Shown here: one piece after another, positions 36,567 through 50,500 of the stretch
Layout of the letters: each line of letters starts with the position of its first letter
Numbering within the stretch: the stretch's first letter is position 1
NCBI RefSeq assembly: GCF_000143415.4
Contig: NW_003314323.1
Location: 438,499 to 502,498, forward strand
Source of the DNA: Selaginella moellendorffii
Taxonomy: Eukaryota; Plantae; Lycopodiophyta
Direction: 5' to 3'
DNA: 64,000 nucleotides
The notes under the pieces: generated by a model
Databases searched by the model: none
Told to the model about the DNA's origin: nothing
What the model saw: the letters and a program-made list of their open reading frames with translations, nothing else
Position numbers and translations under genes: made by a program

Positions 36567-36839
36567 CCTCTCTCGATCGAAGAATTCCCTCAAAGCCTCG
36601 GAGGCCCAAAAACCGATCTTTTAGAGCACCGCGCCTCGCTGAGGTTCTTGCTTGCTTCGCTGCCGACTTTCTAGAAAGATAAACCGAGTGAAAAGCTTAG
36701 ACCGAGTTAAGATGAGAAGATACTATTAAATATAATGGAAGGTTACGTGTGCCATCTGGAAGACTGGCACGGGTAAGTTTGCTTTGCGTGAAAAAGACTG
36801 CTTTCTGGAAATTTCGATCAGTGTTTCTTTGTTTCATCG

Positions 36840-38457
36840 ATGGAATCTGTGGACGTCGCAATAATCGGAGCGGGGCTGTGCGGGTTGGCACTCGCGATTG
36901 GCCTGCAAAACAGAGGAATCACTGCTCACTTGTTTGAAAAGAGTGATGGCATTCGAGCGGATACTGCTACAGGGATAAGTATTGGAAAGAATGGTACCTT
37001 GTTTTTTTATCTTCCATTATTTCGATCTGTAAGACTCTTCGCAGGAGGGCGAGCTCTGGACGGAATCCAGCCGGGGCTGGAGGAGGCCATGAAATCTGCA
37101 GGAACGCAGATAAAGAGCTTTAGAATTCTTGACATTACTGGAGGCGAGAAGCAGGAGATTGAGATGAAGGAAGGAGAAATCCCGGCGGTGTTTATGGTAC
37201 CTTGGAGAAAAGCACGAAAGATGTTGGCTGACATGGTTCCCAGTTCTAACATTCACTGCTCGCACAAACTCGTCTCCTACAGTGCTGCAAAAGATAAGGC
37301 AAGGAAGTGAATGAGAGACAGCATAAAAATCATACAACTGACTTGCACAGGATGGAGTCGAGTTGGAGTTTGAAGTTCGAGATGATCAAGGCCGGACTTC
37401 TCGCAAGACAATCCATGCCAACTTGGTGATTGGAACAGACGGAGTCCACTCCGCTGTGAGGAAGATCATGGTGGGAGATAAACCCAGGGACTTGCACCTG
37501 ATGAACTGGAACGCTCTCGTCTACAATCCCGATTCCAAGTAAGTCAATTTACCGGCAACAGTAGAGCTTACCTTGGACATACGACCAGGTTCTTCAAGGT
37601 CCACGAGAAGGATCAGATTTTCATGATCAAGGACAACGCAACATTCGTTCATCTCGCGGACTCAGGTAACTGGCTCTCTGCGAAAACACTAAAGTTTAGA
37701 GGAGAAGATACAAGTGGATCATGCGTATTTACTTACAGGCGAAGGCTATACCTTGTGGGTGGTCCGGATGTACAACGAAGACATCCCGATTGGTGGTGCA
37801 TTTGGAGGGCCTCCTGCCAAAGAACGAGCTCTCAAAGAAATCCGAAAGTTGGAGCCACCGGAAGTCTGGGAGCCACTGAGAATCGCCGTGGAAGCGACGA
37901 GTCCGGAGCTGATTTACGAGCGGAGGATCATCGACAATCCACCACTCGAGTCTTGGAGCGATCTTGACGGGCGCGTTCTTCTCATTGGAGACGGTCAGTC
38001 ACTCGGCTTCTTAGAAAGCTTGTCGAGAAACTTTTGTTTTCTTCTTCTTCTCCTTTCCAGCGGCTCATGCGATGCATTGGGGTCCCGGACAAGGCGCTAG
38101 AACAGCGTTTGAAGACGCACACCAGCTATCAGAGCTCCTGGCAGCAGCAATAGCAACCGGTGAGGAAAGAAAGAGAGCCATTGCAAGGTAAGGAAGGGTT
38201 TTCTCTCATTCATACCTCTGGAGCTGATCGATCGATCCCCGCTACGCAGGTTTGAGGAGCTGAGAATCCCTCGCATGACGAGATTCCAGGCATTCGCGGC
38301 CGAGGGCACCGAGCTGCCCGAATTCGTCAAGGAGGATGTCCAAACTCTCCCAGAGAGCGAGCGGCGCAAGCGTAGATATGAATTCCAGGCCTGGGCCGAT
38401 AGCTACCCGGAGAAAATGGCCGGAGATCCCGACTCCACTTACTTCAAGCCGCTGTGA
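36840..38457 (+). CDS. FAD-dependent monooxygenase (aromatic hydroxylase-like); exons 36840-36993, 37045-37298, 37351-37538, 37589-37665, 37739-37993, 38061-38187, 38250-38457
   Basis: GxGxxG (IIGAGLCG), DG motif (VIGTDGVHSAVR) and GD motif (LLIGDAAHAM..GQGA...EDA) after splicing. Confidence 0.9.
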
Positions 38458-38568
38458 AACCATCGCCCTGGCCTCCTGGCTTAGCCTAAATGTGAATTAA
38501 ATGTTAGGGTTTAATCGGAGCTAGGGTTTTTCGTCTTCCGCCCGGGTGGAGGAGGACGGGGGAGCGCG

Positions 38569-41500
38569 ATGATCCCGATCAACAACTTCGAGCAGCATGC
38601 CAGCAAGTTCCTGGACCCAGATTTGTGTACGCGCATCCGTTTTCTCTTGGATTTTCTCTTGATTCGTGGAAATTTTCAGCGATGCAGCAGCGGCATCAGC
38701 TCGCCACCGAGGTCCGGGACAGCATCGAGATCGTCCAGACATCCGAGTACCTCAATTTCCTCAAGAACTACTTCCGGGTCTTCTCGTCGCTGCTTCTCAG
38801 CACCACCAAGCCCCAGACCAGCGATTCCATCGAGCACAAGCTCCGGTTTGTGATTATCGAGATTCTCAACCGGCTGCCGCACAGTGAGGTCATCCGGCCC
38901 TTCGTCTCCGATCTCTTGAAGCTGTCGATGCAAGTTCTCGGCACGGACAACGAAGAGAATGGGCTCATTTGTATGCGCATCATCTTTGATCTCCACAAGA
39001 ACTTCCGCCCGGCGCTGGAGGCGGACGTGCAGCCTTTCCTCGATTTCGTTTGCAAGGTATGCGGAGAGATTTTTTTCTTCGTCAAAGAGTTTCTTTGGCT
39101 GGTTTTGTTTGCCAGGTTTACCAAAACTTCAAGAGCACCGTAAGCTACTTCTTTGAAGAGACCAACAGTGATGTCCAAATTGCTGCTGCTGCCGCTGCCG
39201 CCGCCGCCGCGGCTGCTCCACAGAACGTTGGCTTTGTGGGATCTCAAAGGGGAAGTATCTCCGGGCAACTGAATCCAAGTACGCGATCGTTTAAAATACT
39301 TTCGGAGTGCCCGCTCATCGTCATGTACCTCTTCCAAATCTATCCGCGATATGTTCCGAGCAACATTCCTGTTCTTCTTCCGCTCATGGTTAATGCCATC
39401 GCAGTGCCAGGACCAGCACCACACCAGGTTCATCCGACGATGAAGGGTCACTTTGTGGACCTTAAAGCGGGTCAAGTGAAGGTATGTATTTCTTGTGAAT
39501 TTTTTTTATGGGGGTTAAGTGCTTGTTTTTCTCTTGGCAGACAGTATCTTTTTTGTGCTACTTGCTGAAGAGCTTTGCCGAGTTTATCCGTCCACATGAA
39601 GAGAGTATGTCTAGAAGTATTGTGAACTTGTTAATCTCGTGTCCTGACTCAGTCACCATCCGAAAGGTCTGGTCTATCAAAAATTTTACACCCCCATTGT
39701 TGTATCTCACTATCTTACGCTGCTTACAGGAACTTCTAATCGCTACGCGTCATGTTTTGGCCACTGATTTTCAAAGAGGGTTGTTTCCTCTGATGGACAA
39801 GCTATTAGATGAAAGGTCTGCACATTCATGATTATTCTTCGCATAACACGGGTCGTGCATTTAGAGTTCTTGTAGGAACAGGTCGAGCATGCTTTGAGGG
39901 ACTTCGGCCTTTGGCGTACAGTATACTAGCCGAACTCATTCACCACGTTAGACTCGAACTGACACTTAAACAGGTTGGTGTGGAAAGCCTTTGCGTCTTT
40001 GTTTTCATCGTCTGTGTTTTTCTACAGCTTTCTTTGATTGTATATATGTTTTCAAGAAATGTGCACGACCCTTCCTTACCGCTAGGTGTACAAACCACCT
40101 GCGTTCGTCTTATGCTTAACCTGGTAAGTCGAATGGATGAGTTTTCTTTATCCTCTTTGATCTGGTTTTTAAAAATACTCAGGTTGAGACCATATACAGT
40201 CGTCGTGGTGACCCAAGCAAAGAAGATGGCAGAAAACTACTGGTAACATTCTAAATGTCAGTTTGGTATTGAACCGCATGTTACAGGGACGGATTCTGGA
40301 TGCCTTTGTGAGTAAATTCTCAACACTCAAACGTTATGCTTCACAGGTGACGATCAAGTGTATATTACGGAAGATACTTATATTGGATTCTGTGTGTAGC
40401 TTGAACGTAACGATTTCAGTACCAGAACCAAGCTAGAGCTTCCTGTTCAGGTGGTATCTTTCCGCATTAGCTCATCTAACGTGGTGCTTCTTTTTGAACA
40501 GGCTGCGTTGAATCTTCAAACGCCTCAAGAACATGCGAAAGATTTTGCGGACTGCAAACAGCTTATCAAAACATTAATAATGGGTATTACAAGGGTTTTT
40601 AATTCTTGGATGTCATTCTTATTTGTTACAGGAATGAAAACTCTAATATGGAGCATCACAAATTTCACAGCCACTCAAGTGTCGATGCAGCAGCCTCAAG
40701 GTGCAGTTGTCAACGCAGGCGGGCCCAAAGGCATGCGAGAGGACGAGGTTAGCATCCAATTTTACATTCCATTCTTTGAATTTGGTTCGTACAGGTTCTA
40801 GCCGCTTCGGGGATCCTTACAACTGGAGTGTTTTGCTTATCTCTTTACAAAGACAAAGAAGAGGAGAAGGATATGTTCACGCACTACACATCCGTTTTTG
40901 GAGTGATGGAACCCCGGAATCTCATGGACCTGTTTTCAAGATGTATGCCACGGTTATTTGAGTACACTCTGGCCAACAACCAGCTCCTTCAGATATTCTC
41001 AAACCTGCTACAGAACCAGAAGTTGACACGACATTTTGCGGACGTGTTGATACAGTTTCTTATGGGAAAGCTCGATACTTTAAAGCAGCCGGATACTCCC
41101 CAGGCCAAGCTCGTGCTGCAGCTATTCAGATATCTGTTTGTTGCGGTCGCGAAGTATCCAAACGACTGCGAGAGGGTTTTACAGCCTCACGTCCTCACCC
41201 TTATGGAAGTATGCATGAAGAATGCTACGGAAGTGGACAAGCCGTTGGGATATATGCAGCTCATGCGAATTATGTTTCGCGCTTTATCAGGTGGAAAGTT
41301 CGAGCTCTTATTTCGGGAGTTCGTTGCTACGTTACAACCGTGTCTCAATATGCTACTGGCTATGATTGAAGGACCCACAGGCATGGATATGACTGATCTT
41401 ATAGTGGAGTTGTGCCTGACTATGCCGGCCCGGTTAAGCTCGCTTCTGCCACACTTACCACGTCTTATGAAACCTCTGGTACTTGCTTTGAAGGGGAATG

Positions 41501-44500
41501 ACGACCTTGTTGCGTTGGGTTTCAGAACACTGGAGTACTGGATTGACAGCCTGAATCCGGAGTTTCTGGAGCCGAGCATGGCCAATGCGATACCCGACTT
41601 GATACTCACGCTGTGGTCACACCTCCGGCCTAAACCATACATATGGGGTGCCAAGGCGTTGCAGTTACTTGGGAAGCTCGGCGGAAGAAACAGGAGGTTT
41701 TTGAAGGAGCCTTTGGCACTAGAATGCAAGGAAAACCCGGAGCATGGACTTCGACTGATTCTGACGTTCGAGCCGAACACTTCGTTTCTTGTGCCTTTGG
41801 ACCGGTGCATTTATTTGGCAAGAGCAGCCGTGATGCAGTCACACGGCGTGGACACCTTCTATCGGAAGCATGCTTTGAATTTCTTGCGAGTCTGCTTATC
41901 ATCGGTATTGAATCTCAAAGGAAATATTGGTAAAGAAGGAGTTACGCCAGGCCAGCTTAGTACAATGCTCATGACATCCGTTGATCCATCAAAGCGAAGA
42001 GCTGAAGTCTCAAATATGAAGGTACTTTTGTGTAGAGTTTTAGAAATTTTTATTCAAGTTGCATTTGTGTACAGGTCGATCTCGGCGTTAAAACAAAAAC
42101 TCAATTGGTCGCTGAAAGAAGTATATTTAAAGTTCTTCTGACAACAGTTATAGCCTCTAGCGTGGAGAACGATCTTCAAGATCCGAAAGACGACTATGTG
42201 CCAAATATCTGCCGCCACTTTGCAATGCTTTTCCACGTCGAATCTTGCTCGGGAAATGCTGCTGCCTCGTCGAGCCAAACGTCGGGGGACTTGCCAACAA
42301 AATCGCGGAGTCATTCGAGCTTGAAAGAACTGGATCCTCTCATATTCCTGGACGCTCTGGTAGCTGTTCTGATGGACGAGAACAGACAACATGCCAAGGC
42401 CGCTCTTCAGGGCTTAAACGTCTTTGCGGAGGCGCTTCTCATCTTTGCGAGGGCGAAACACACTGGCGTGCTGATTCCGAAGGGTGTAAGCACTCCTGGA
42501 ACGCCGATGATGGTCTCAAGCCCGTCAATGAACCCGGTTTATTCGCCTCCACCGGGTGTACGAGTTCCTGTATTTGAGCAGCTGCTACCAAGATTGTTAC
42601 ATTGCTGCTACGGGAGTACATGGCAAGCTCAAATGGGCGGGGTAATGGGACTTGGTGCTTTGGTGGGAAAGGTTACAGTCGACACTCTTTGCATCTTCCA
42701 AGTTCGTGCTGTGCGTGCTCTGGTGTACGTACTAAAGAAGCTACCGCAGCATGCAAGTAAGGAACAGGATGAAGTAAGCCAAGTGCTGACGCAGGTGCTG
42801 CGGGTGGTGAACAACGTAGACGAGGCAAACAATGAGCCTCGGCGTCAAAGCTTTCAGGGTGTTGTGGACGTCCTGGCCGCGGAACTCTTTAATCCCAACG
42901 CGACACATACTGTCCGAAAGAGTGTCCAGCAGTGCCTTGCACTTCTGGCCAGCAGGACAGGGAGTGAAGTTTCGGAGCTGCTTGAACCGCTACATCAGCC
43001 ACTGCTTCAACCTCTGATTTCTCGACCTCTTCGCACAAAGCACGTTGAACAACAGGTACTCAGAGGACGTGTCTCTGTGAATTCTCTTATAGACACCCGT
43101 TTTGCAGGTCGGAACTGTGATGGCTTTAAACTTCTGCCTGGCCTTGCGGCCGCCTCTTCTTAAAATGACTCCGGAACTTGTCACACTCTTGACGGACGCT
43201 CTTCAAATTGCGGAAGCTGACGAAGCTGTACTGATTGGAAAGTTCATGAGTCCGAAAATGGCAAACACCCTGACCAAGCTTCGAACAGTTTGCATTGAGT
43301 TGCTATGCACTGCTATGGCCTGGGCGGATTTCAAAACTGCAGCTCATAATGAGCTGCGGTCACGGATCATAGCTATGTTCTTCAAATCTCTGACCTGTAG
43401 AACACCAGAGATAGTTGCAGTAGCCAAGGAAGGTCTTCGTCAGGTAATACGTCTTCTCTCTCTTCGCATCGTATTCATGACATTTTGTAATATTTCAGGT
43501 TATTCAGCAACAAAAACTGCCAAAGGAGCTCTTGCAAAGTAGCCTGCGACCGATTCTTGTGAATCTGGCATCGTATAAGCATCTGACGATTCCCTTGCTT
43601 CAAGGGCTTGCTCGACTGTTGGAGCTGCTTTCTAATTGGTTCAACGTGACACTCGGTGGCAAACTCATGGAACACCTGAAGAAGTGGCTAGAGCCGGAAA
43701 AGCTTGCTGGAACAGTAAAGTCCTGGAAGCCCGGGGAGGAAGCGAAGGTCGCTGCGGGTATGTCTTTGTATCGGTGTTGTGGAAGTTCTAACTTTCCTCG
43801 TGTGTTTCAGCCATAATAGAGCTGTTTCATCTGCTTCCTCCGGCCGCCAACAAGTTTCTTGATGAGCTTTTTCAACTAACCATACATTTGGAGGCGGCAT
43901 TCCCTCCAGGGCAAGTGTACAGTGAGTTGAATAGCCCATACAGGCTACCTATCACAAGGTTTTTGAACCGCTATGCGACAGAATCAGTAGATTACTTTCT
44001 GGCACGCCTTTCGGAGCCAGCTTATTTTAGAAGGTAAGGTTGTCCTGATATTCGTGTCCTCGCTGATACTTGTTTGTCAGATTTTCGGACGTTATAAAGT
44101 CAGATGAGGGGCAACCCCTTCGTGAGGAGTTGGCGAAGTCACCGGGCAAGATCATCGAGTGTGCTTTTACTGTAGTTCAACCATCAACCGAAGAAGCAGA
44201 TCCAGGTTCAACAGCTAGTGGTGCTGACGGATCGGTACCTCCGCCGCCTTCTACGACGTCAGAGTCCCTGTTTCAAGGTGTTGCCTTGGTAGCTACTTTG
44301 GTCAAGCTCATACCGGACTGGCTGCACGAAAATCAGACCGTGTTTGAAGCTTTAGTTCGGCTGTGGCAATCGCCCGCAAGGCAGGAACGACTAAAGAACG
44401 AGCTAAATTTGACTCTGGTGCAAGTGAGTAGCTTTTCTTTGCATCTATACTGCTAACACACGTACGTTGTAGGTGAAGGAGAGCAAGCGTCTAGTCAAAT

Positions 44501-47500
44501 GCTTTCTGAATTATGTGAGACACGATAAAGCGGAGGTTGATATTCTTTTCGAAATGCTGTCCATATTTTTGGTCCGAACTCGTGTTGATTATACCTTCTT
44601 GAAAGAATTCTACATGATCGAGGTGAGGTTTTTAACTTGATATGTTCTTCTCAAATTCTTTTCATCAGGTCGGTGAAGGATATACACCCCAGGAGAAAAA
44701 AGCTGTTCTGCAACGTTTTCTTCAAATATTCCAGTCGAAGTCGTTGAAGCAAGAGTCCTTGGTGGTCGCCATGCAAATGCTTATTCTTCCCATGCTAACT
44801 CATTCGTTTCAAAACAATCAAAGTGCCGACGTTGTCGACCAGCCTATCATCAAGACTATTGTGGACAAGCTGTTGGATCCTCCCGAAGAGGTACTTGTTC
44901 TGTGTGAAAGCACTAATGTCAGTGGGAATCGCATTTCAGGTCAGCGCTGAATACGATGAGCCTCTTAGGATAGAACTCCTGCAGCTGGCGACGTTGTTGC
45001 TGAAGTATCTCCCCCACGAACTCGTGACACATCGCAAGGAACTTATCAAGTTTGGCTGGAATCATTTAAAGCGCGAAGACAGTGCAAGCAAGCAATGGGC
45101 TTTTGTGAATGTTTGCCGTTTTCTCGATGCATATCAGGCTCCAGAAAAGATTATCCTTCAGGTACATCACAAGATTGTAAGATTATGCATCGTTTGAACT
45201 GTCTATTCAGGTTTTTGTTGCACTATTGCGGACCTGCCAACCGGAGAACAGAAATTTGGCAAGACAGGCGCTTGATATTTTGATGCCAGCTCTTCCTCGC
45301 AGACTTCCCTTGGGTGAACAGAAGATACCTATATGGATACGTTACACTAAGAAGATTCTTGTTGAGGAAGGCCACTCGGTACCAAATCTTATTCACATCT
45401 TCCAGCTAATAGTTCGACACTCGGACCTGTTCTACACTTGCCGGGCGCAGTTTGTACCTCAGATGGTGAACTCCCTGAGCCGCCTTGGGCTCCCTGGAAA
45501 TCTTCCGATGGAAAACCGCAGGCTGGCTATTGACCTTGCTGGACTCGTGGTATCATGGGAAAAACGACGGCAGGGAGAAGCAAAGGCGGTTATGGAAGGA
45601 GATCAACCTTTATCTACAGATGGTGCGTCATTCTCGTTAACAGCTACGGACGTAGGAGTTGGCTCAAAGAGACCACCGGAACTACTGTCTTCGGACGAGA
45701 CCAAGAGAGTAAAGAGCGAGCCATCACTTTCTGGGATGTCACCTGGTCTGGGATCAAGTACTCCTTCGATACCAAACGTTGGCACGCCAAATTCAATGGG
45801 TCAGCCGGATGAGGAGTTTAAGCCGAACGCTGCAATGGAAGAAATGATCATCAACTTCTTGATAAGGGTAACCAGCTGCATTCTATTGCTTGGTTCTTAG
45901 CCTTCTTTATATCTACCAGGTGTCGCTGGTGATGGATCCGAAGGATAAGGAAATGGCAGCGATGTATAAGCAAGCATTGGACCTCCTTACGCAAGCACTG
46001 GAAGTGTGGCCTGGTGCAAATGTGAAGTTTAACTACCTGGAGAAGTTACTGAGCAGCGCTTTACCTCAGACCACAAAGGATCCGTCTACCGCTCTTGTGC
46101 AAGGACTTGATGTGATGAGTAAAGTCTTGGAAAAGCAGCCTCAACTTTTTATTCGGAACAACGTACAACAGATCATTCAAGTAAGACATATCGCGTTGCT
46201 CCTTTACGCTCTAACGTATAAAATTTTGAAGGTTTTGGATCCGTCCTTCAATAGCAAACTCGCTGATGTTGGAAGGTCAATCTGTAATGTTTTGAAGCTG
46301 GTGTTCAACGCCTTCCCCTCTGATTCCCTCAGTAACCCACAAGATGTGAGGCTTCTGCATCAGAAGGTGGAAGAGCTGCTACAAAAGCACTTACAAGCTG
46401 TAACTGCGACCCCGTCTACTCTTGAACCTCGTTCCGCAAACGTTACTATCAGTTTCTTATTGGCATTGCTCAATACGCTCAGTGAAGGAAACCGAAGTTA
46501 CTTGGACCGCTACTTGACTCACATAGTTCGCGTGTTTCAACGTCTCGCACGGGACATGACCAACAGCTCGGGTGCACTTGCCCGACAGGTTGAAATTGAT
46601 TAAATTTTCTATGTTTTCTAAACAGATCTTACAGGGTCATCGAGTCGATCAAGAGGCTGCGGCAGGCATGAACGTCAGCAACGTTCGCTCTCTTTTAAAG
46701 CTTATCAGTGGCAGAGTTCTGCTAGTACCTGAGTGCAAACGACTTTGCTCACAGACGATTCATATGATTCTGTCTGAGAAAGGAACGGATCCAAGCGTAC
46801 TTCTTACCATCCTCGACGTTATTATTGAGTGGATAGAGAACGACTTTCGAGCCTCTGGTTCCGGTGCGTCCGTGGGGGTGTTGAACACGAAGGATGTCCT
46901 GACTTTCCTACAGCGTCTTGCTCAAGCCGAGAAAAATATGACTGGTTCTGCTTTAGACGAATGGGATTCGAAGTTTTTAGCGTTGCTATATCGGTTATGT
47001 TCGGACGCATCCAAGTAAGAGGTTTCCTTGCCGTGTTTGATAAAAATGCTAACTAACATACAATTTGTGCAGGTATCCACTGTCTGTGAGGCACGAGATT
47101 TTCGTAAAAGTTGAGAAGCAGTTTTTATTGGGACTAAGGGCCAGAGATCCGGACATGCGGCAGAAATTTTTCTTACTCTACCACGAATCTATTGCGAAGA
47201 CGCTTTTCACACGCTTGCAGTACATTATTCAAAATCAGGAATGGGAAGCATTAAGCGACGTGTTCTGGCTAAAGCAAGGCTTGGACCTTCTACTGGCTAT
47301 TCTTGTGGAGAACGATCCAATCACGCTTGCTCCCAATGCCGCACAAGTACCTCCGCTTATGCCGTCGGGAGGAGTTCCCGACAGGCCTGGAATGCAGCAA
47401 CAGGCTGACACACCAGATGAAGCGCCTCTCTCTTTTATAGGCATCGTGAACAAGCATGCAAAGTTTTTGACGGAGAATAAACTTCAGGTTCGATATGAAT

Positions 47501-50500
47501 TTCTAAGTTTTCGTCGACATCTTACTTGTTTATGGTTTTAGGTGGAGGATCTTATTGTCTCTTTACGGGAACTTGCAAATACCGATTCACATGTGGCGTA
47601 TCATATGTGGGTTCTGGTCTTCCCGATAGTCTGGGCCACGTTGCTGAAGGACGAGCAAGTGATGCTAGCAAAGCCTATGATTACTTTTCTCTCCAAAGAC
47701 TACCATAGCAAGCAGCTGGATAAGAGGCCAAACGTGATACAGGCACTGTTGGAAGGGCTGTCTTTGAGTCAACCGCAGCCAAAGATTCCAAGCGAGCTTA
47801 TCAGATTCTTGGGAAAGACGTACAACGCGTGGCATATTGCGATATCTTTGCTCGAGAGTCACGTCATGTTGTTCCCGACAGAATCTCGCTGCTTCGACGC
47901 TTTGGCTGAACTCTACAGAATGCTCGACGAAGAAGACGTTCGTTATGGCTTGTGGAAAAGGCGGACGATTACCAACGACACCAAAGCGGGATTATCTCTA
48001 GTTCAGCATGGGTTGTGGCAGAGGGCACAGGATCTCTTTTACCAGGCTATGAGCAAGGCAACTCAGGGATCTTACAGCAATTCCGTCTCCAAAGCTGAGA
48101 TGTGTCTCTGGGAGGAGCAGTGGATATCCTGCGCTCGGAGACTTAATCAGTGGGACATCCTCGCAGACTTTGGTAAAAGTGTTGAGAACTACGAGATTCT
48201 CCTCGACTGCCTTTGGAAGTCTCCAGATTGGGCGCATCTTAAAGACGTTTTGCCGAAGGCGCAGGTGGAAGAAACACCTAAGCTGCGGATGGTTCAAACT
48301 TATGTCGCACTTCATGAAGGCAGCATGAACGGTGTGACTGAGGCGGATATGAGAGTCGTTCAGGGTGTGGATCTTGCACTCCAGAACTGGTGGCAATTAC
48401 CTGAGATGTCAGTTCAGTCGCACGTTCCACTATTACAGCAGTTTCAGCAACTGGTCGAGCTCCAGGAATCAACAAGAATACTACTAGAACTGGGAAACGC
48501 AAACAAGCAACAACCGGCAGGGTCCGGACAGCTGCAAGGAGGTGCAGGCATGTATGCGGATCTTAAAGACATTTTAGAAACTTGGAGGCTCAGGATTCCG
48601 AACGATTGGGACGAGTTAACGGTCTGGAATGATTTGATGATATGGAGGAATCACATGTACAATCTTGTGATCAACGCGTTCAAGGCGCTGCAAGAGACAA
48701 ATCCGCAGTTACACCAGCTTGGTTTCAGAGACAAAGCTTGGAGCGTCAACAAACTTGCATACGTTGCTCGGAAACAAGGTTTGCACGAAGTCTGCGTTAC
48801 TGTTTTGAACAAAATGTACGGCTTCCTTACTATGGAAGTTCAGGTCGGTATTTTTCTTATCGCTGTTGTAGCATTTATAGTATGGCATCTTCTCATGCAG
48901 GAAGCGTTCGTTAAAATAAGAGAACAAGCGAAGGCATACCTTGACATGAAAGGCGAACTAATCACTGGACTTAATCTGATCAACACAACGAATTTGGAGT
49001 ATTTTCCGAATCAACACAAGGCTGAAATCTTCCGCTTGAAAGGAGAGTTTTTGCAGAAGATGAATGACAGTGAAACCGCCAACCAGGTTTTCTCTACGGC
49101 CATTTCTTTGTTCAAGCATCTTCCAAAGGGATGGATAAGCTGGGGAAATCATTGCGATCAGGTTAGTTAGGAGCGTGATTTTGTGCTAGGACCCAGCTCA
49201 CTGAGAAATCCGTTTGCAGGTTTACAAAGAAACCGGCGAAGACTTGTGGCTGGAGTACGCAGTGAGCTGTTTCTTGCAAGGTATCAAGTATGGAAGCTCG
49301 TATGGTCGGAGCTATCTTGCCAGGGTGCTTTATCTGCTGAGCTTCGATAACCAAAATGGAACCGTCGGTAAAGCATTCGAAAAGTACGGGGACCAGATAA
49401 CTCACTGGGTCTGGATTCCGTGGATACCTCAGCTTCTACTTTCTCTGGAGAGACCCGAGGCATTGCATTGCAAGAATGTTCTGTCGAAGCTGGTCGCACT
49501 TTTTCCGCAGGTGAGTTTAGTAATTGCCCTTCGATTATTTGGGAACTTATTGTTATGCCCTTTCGGATTGCAGGCCTTGTACTATTGGCTTCGGACTCAT
49601 CTCTTGGAACGTAGAGACATTGCGACGAAGTCGGATGCTGTGAAAGGGTCACAAACACGTGCTCAGGCTGCTGTAGCTGCGGTTGCTGCTAATCCGGACG
49701 CGTCTGGTACTACTACTAATTCTGAAGGCCCCCAAGGCTCGCAGACCCCCGCGCCGCAACCTCAAAATGGAAGTGCTGATACGACACCGCAAGAAGCTGG
49801 AGGGTCCGACGGTAATGCAACTGCGTCTGCAGATACTTCACAGTCAACAAACGCCGCTGACCAGCTTGCCATGCTACGTCGAAGCCACTGGGCCACGGCT
49901 GTCAGCTCATTTGAAGCTGCAAGGGAGATCATGGACATGCTGAGGCTAAAACACAACAATCTCGCGGCGGAGATGGAGGTACATGATATTTACCCTGCTT
50001 CATTTGTTACCGGCATCGTTGTTTCCAGGTTATGTTAACCGAAGTCGGAGCACGTTTTGTTCCTTTGCCAGAGGAAAGATTGCTAGCAGTTGTTCACGCC
50101 TTGCTTCATCGCTGCTACAAATTTCCCACTGCGACCACCTCTGAAGTCCCTCCGTCCCTGAAGAAAGAGCTTGCTGGCGTTTGCAAAGCTTGCTTTTCGT
50201 CTGATACCGTGGCAAAGCACACGGACTTCGTCAACGAGTACAAAAGAGGTTTTGAACGCGACCTTGATCCAGAAAGCACAGGAACATTTCCGGCCACTCT
50301 AGCCGAGCTGACTGACCGCTTGAAACATTGGAAGAGTGTCCTCCAGTCCAATGTTGAGGATAGACTTCCAGCGGTATTGAAGCTTGAGGAAGAGAGCAGA
50401 CAACTTAGGGAGTTCCACGTCTTGGACATTGAAGTTCCAGGACAGTATTTCAACGATAAGGTAAGCTAGCAGAGCTTGTGTATGTTTTTCTACTGATAAT

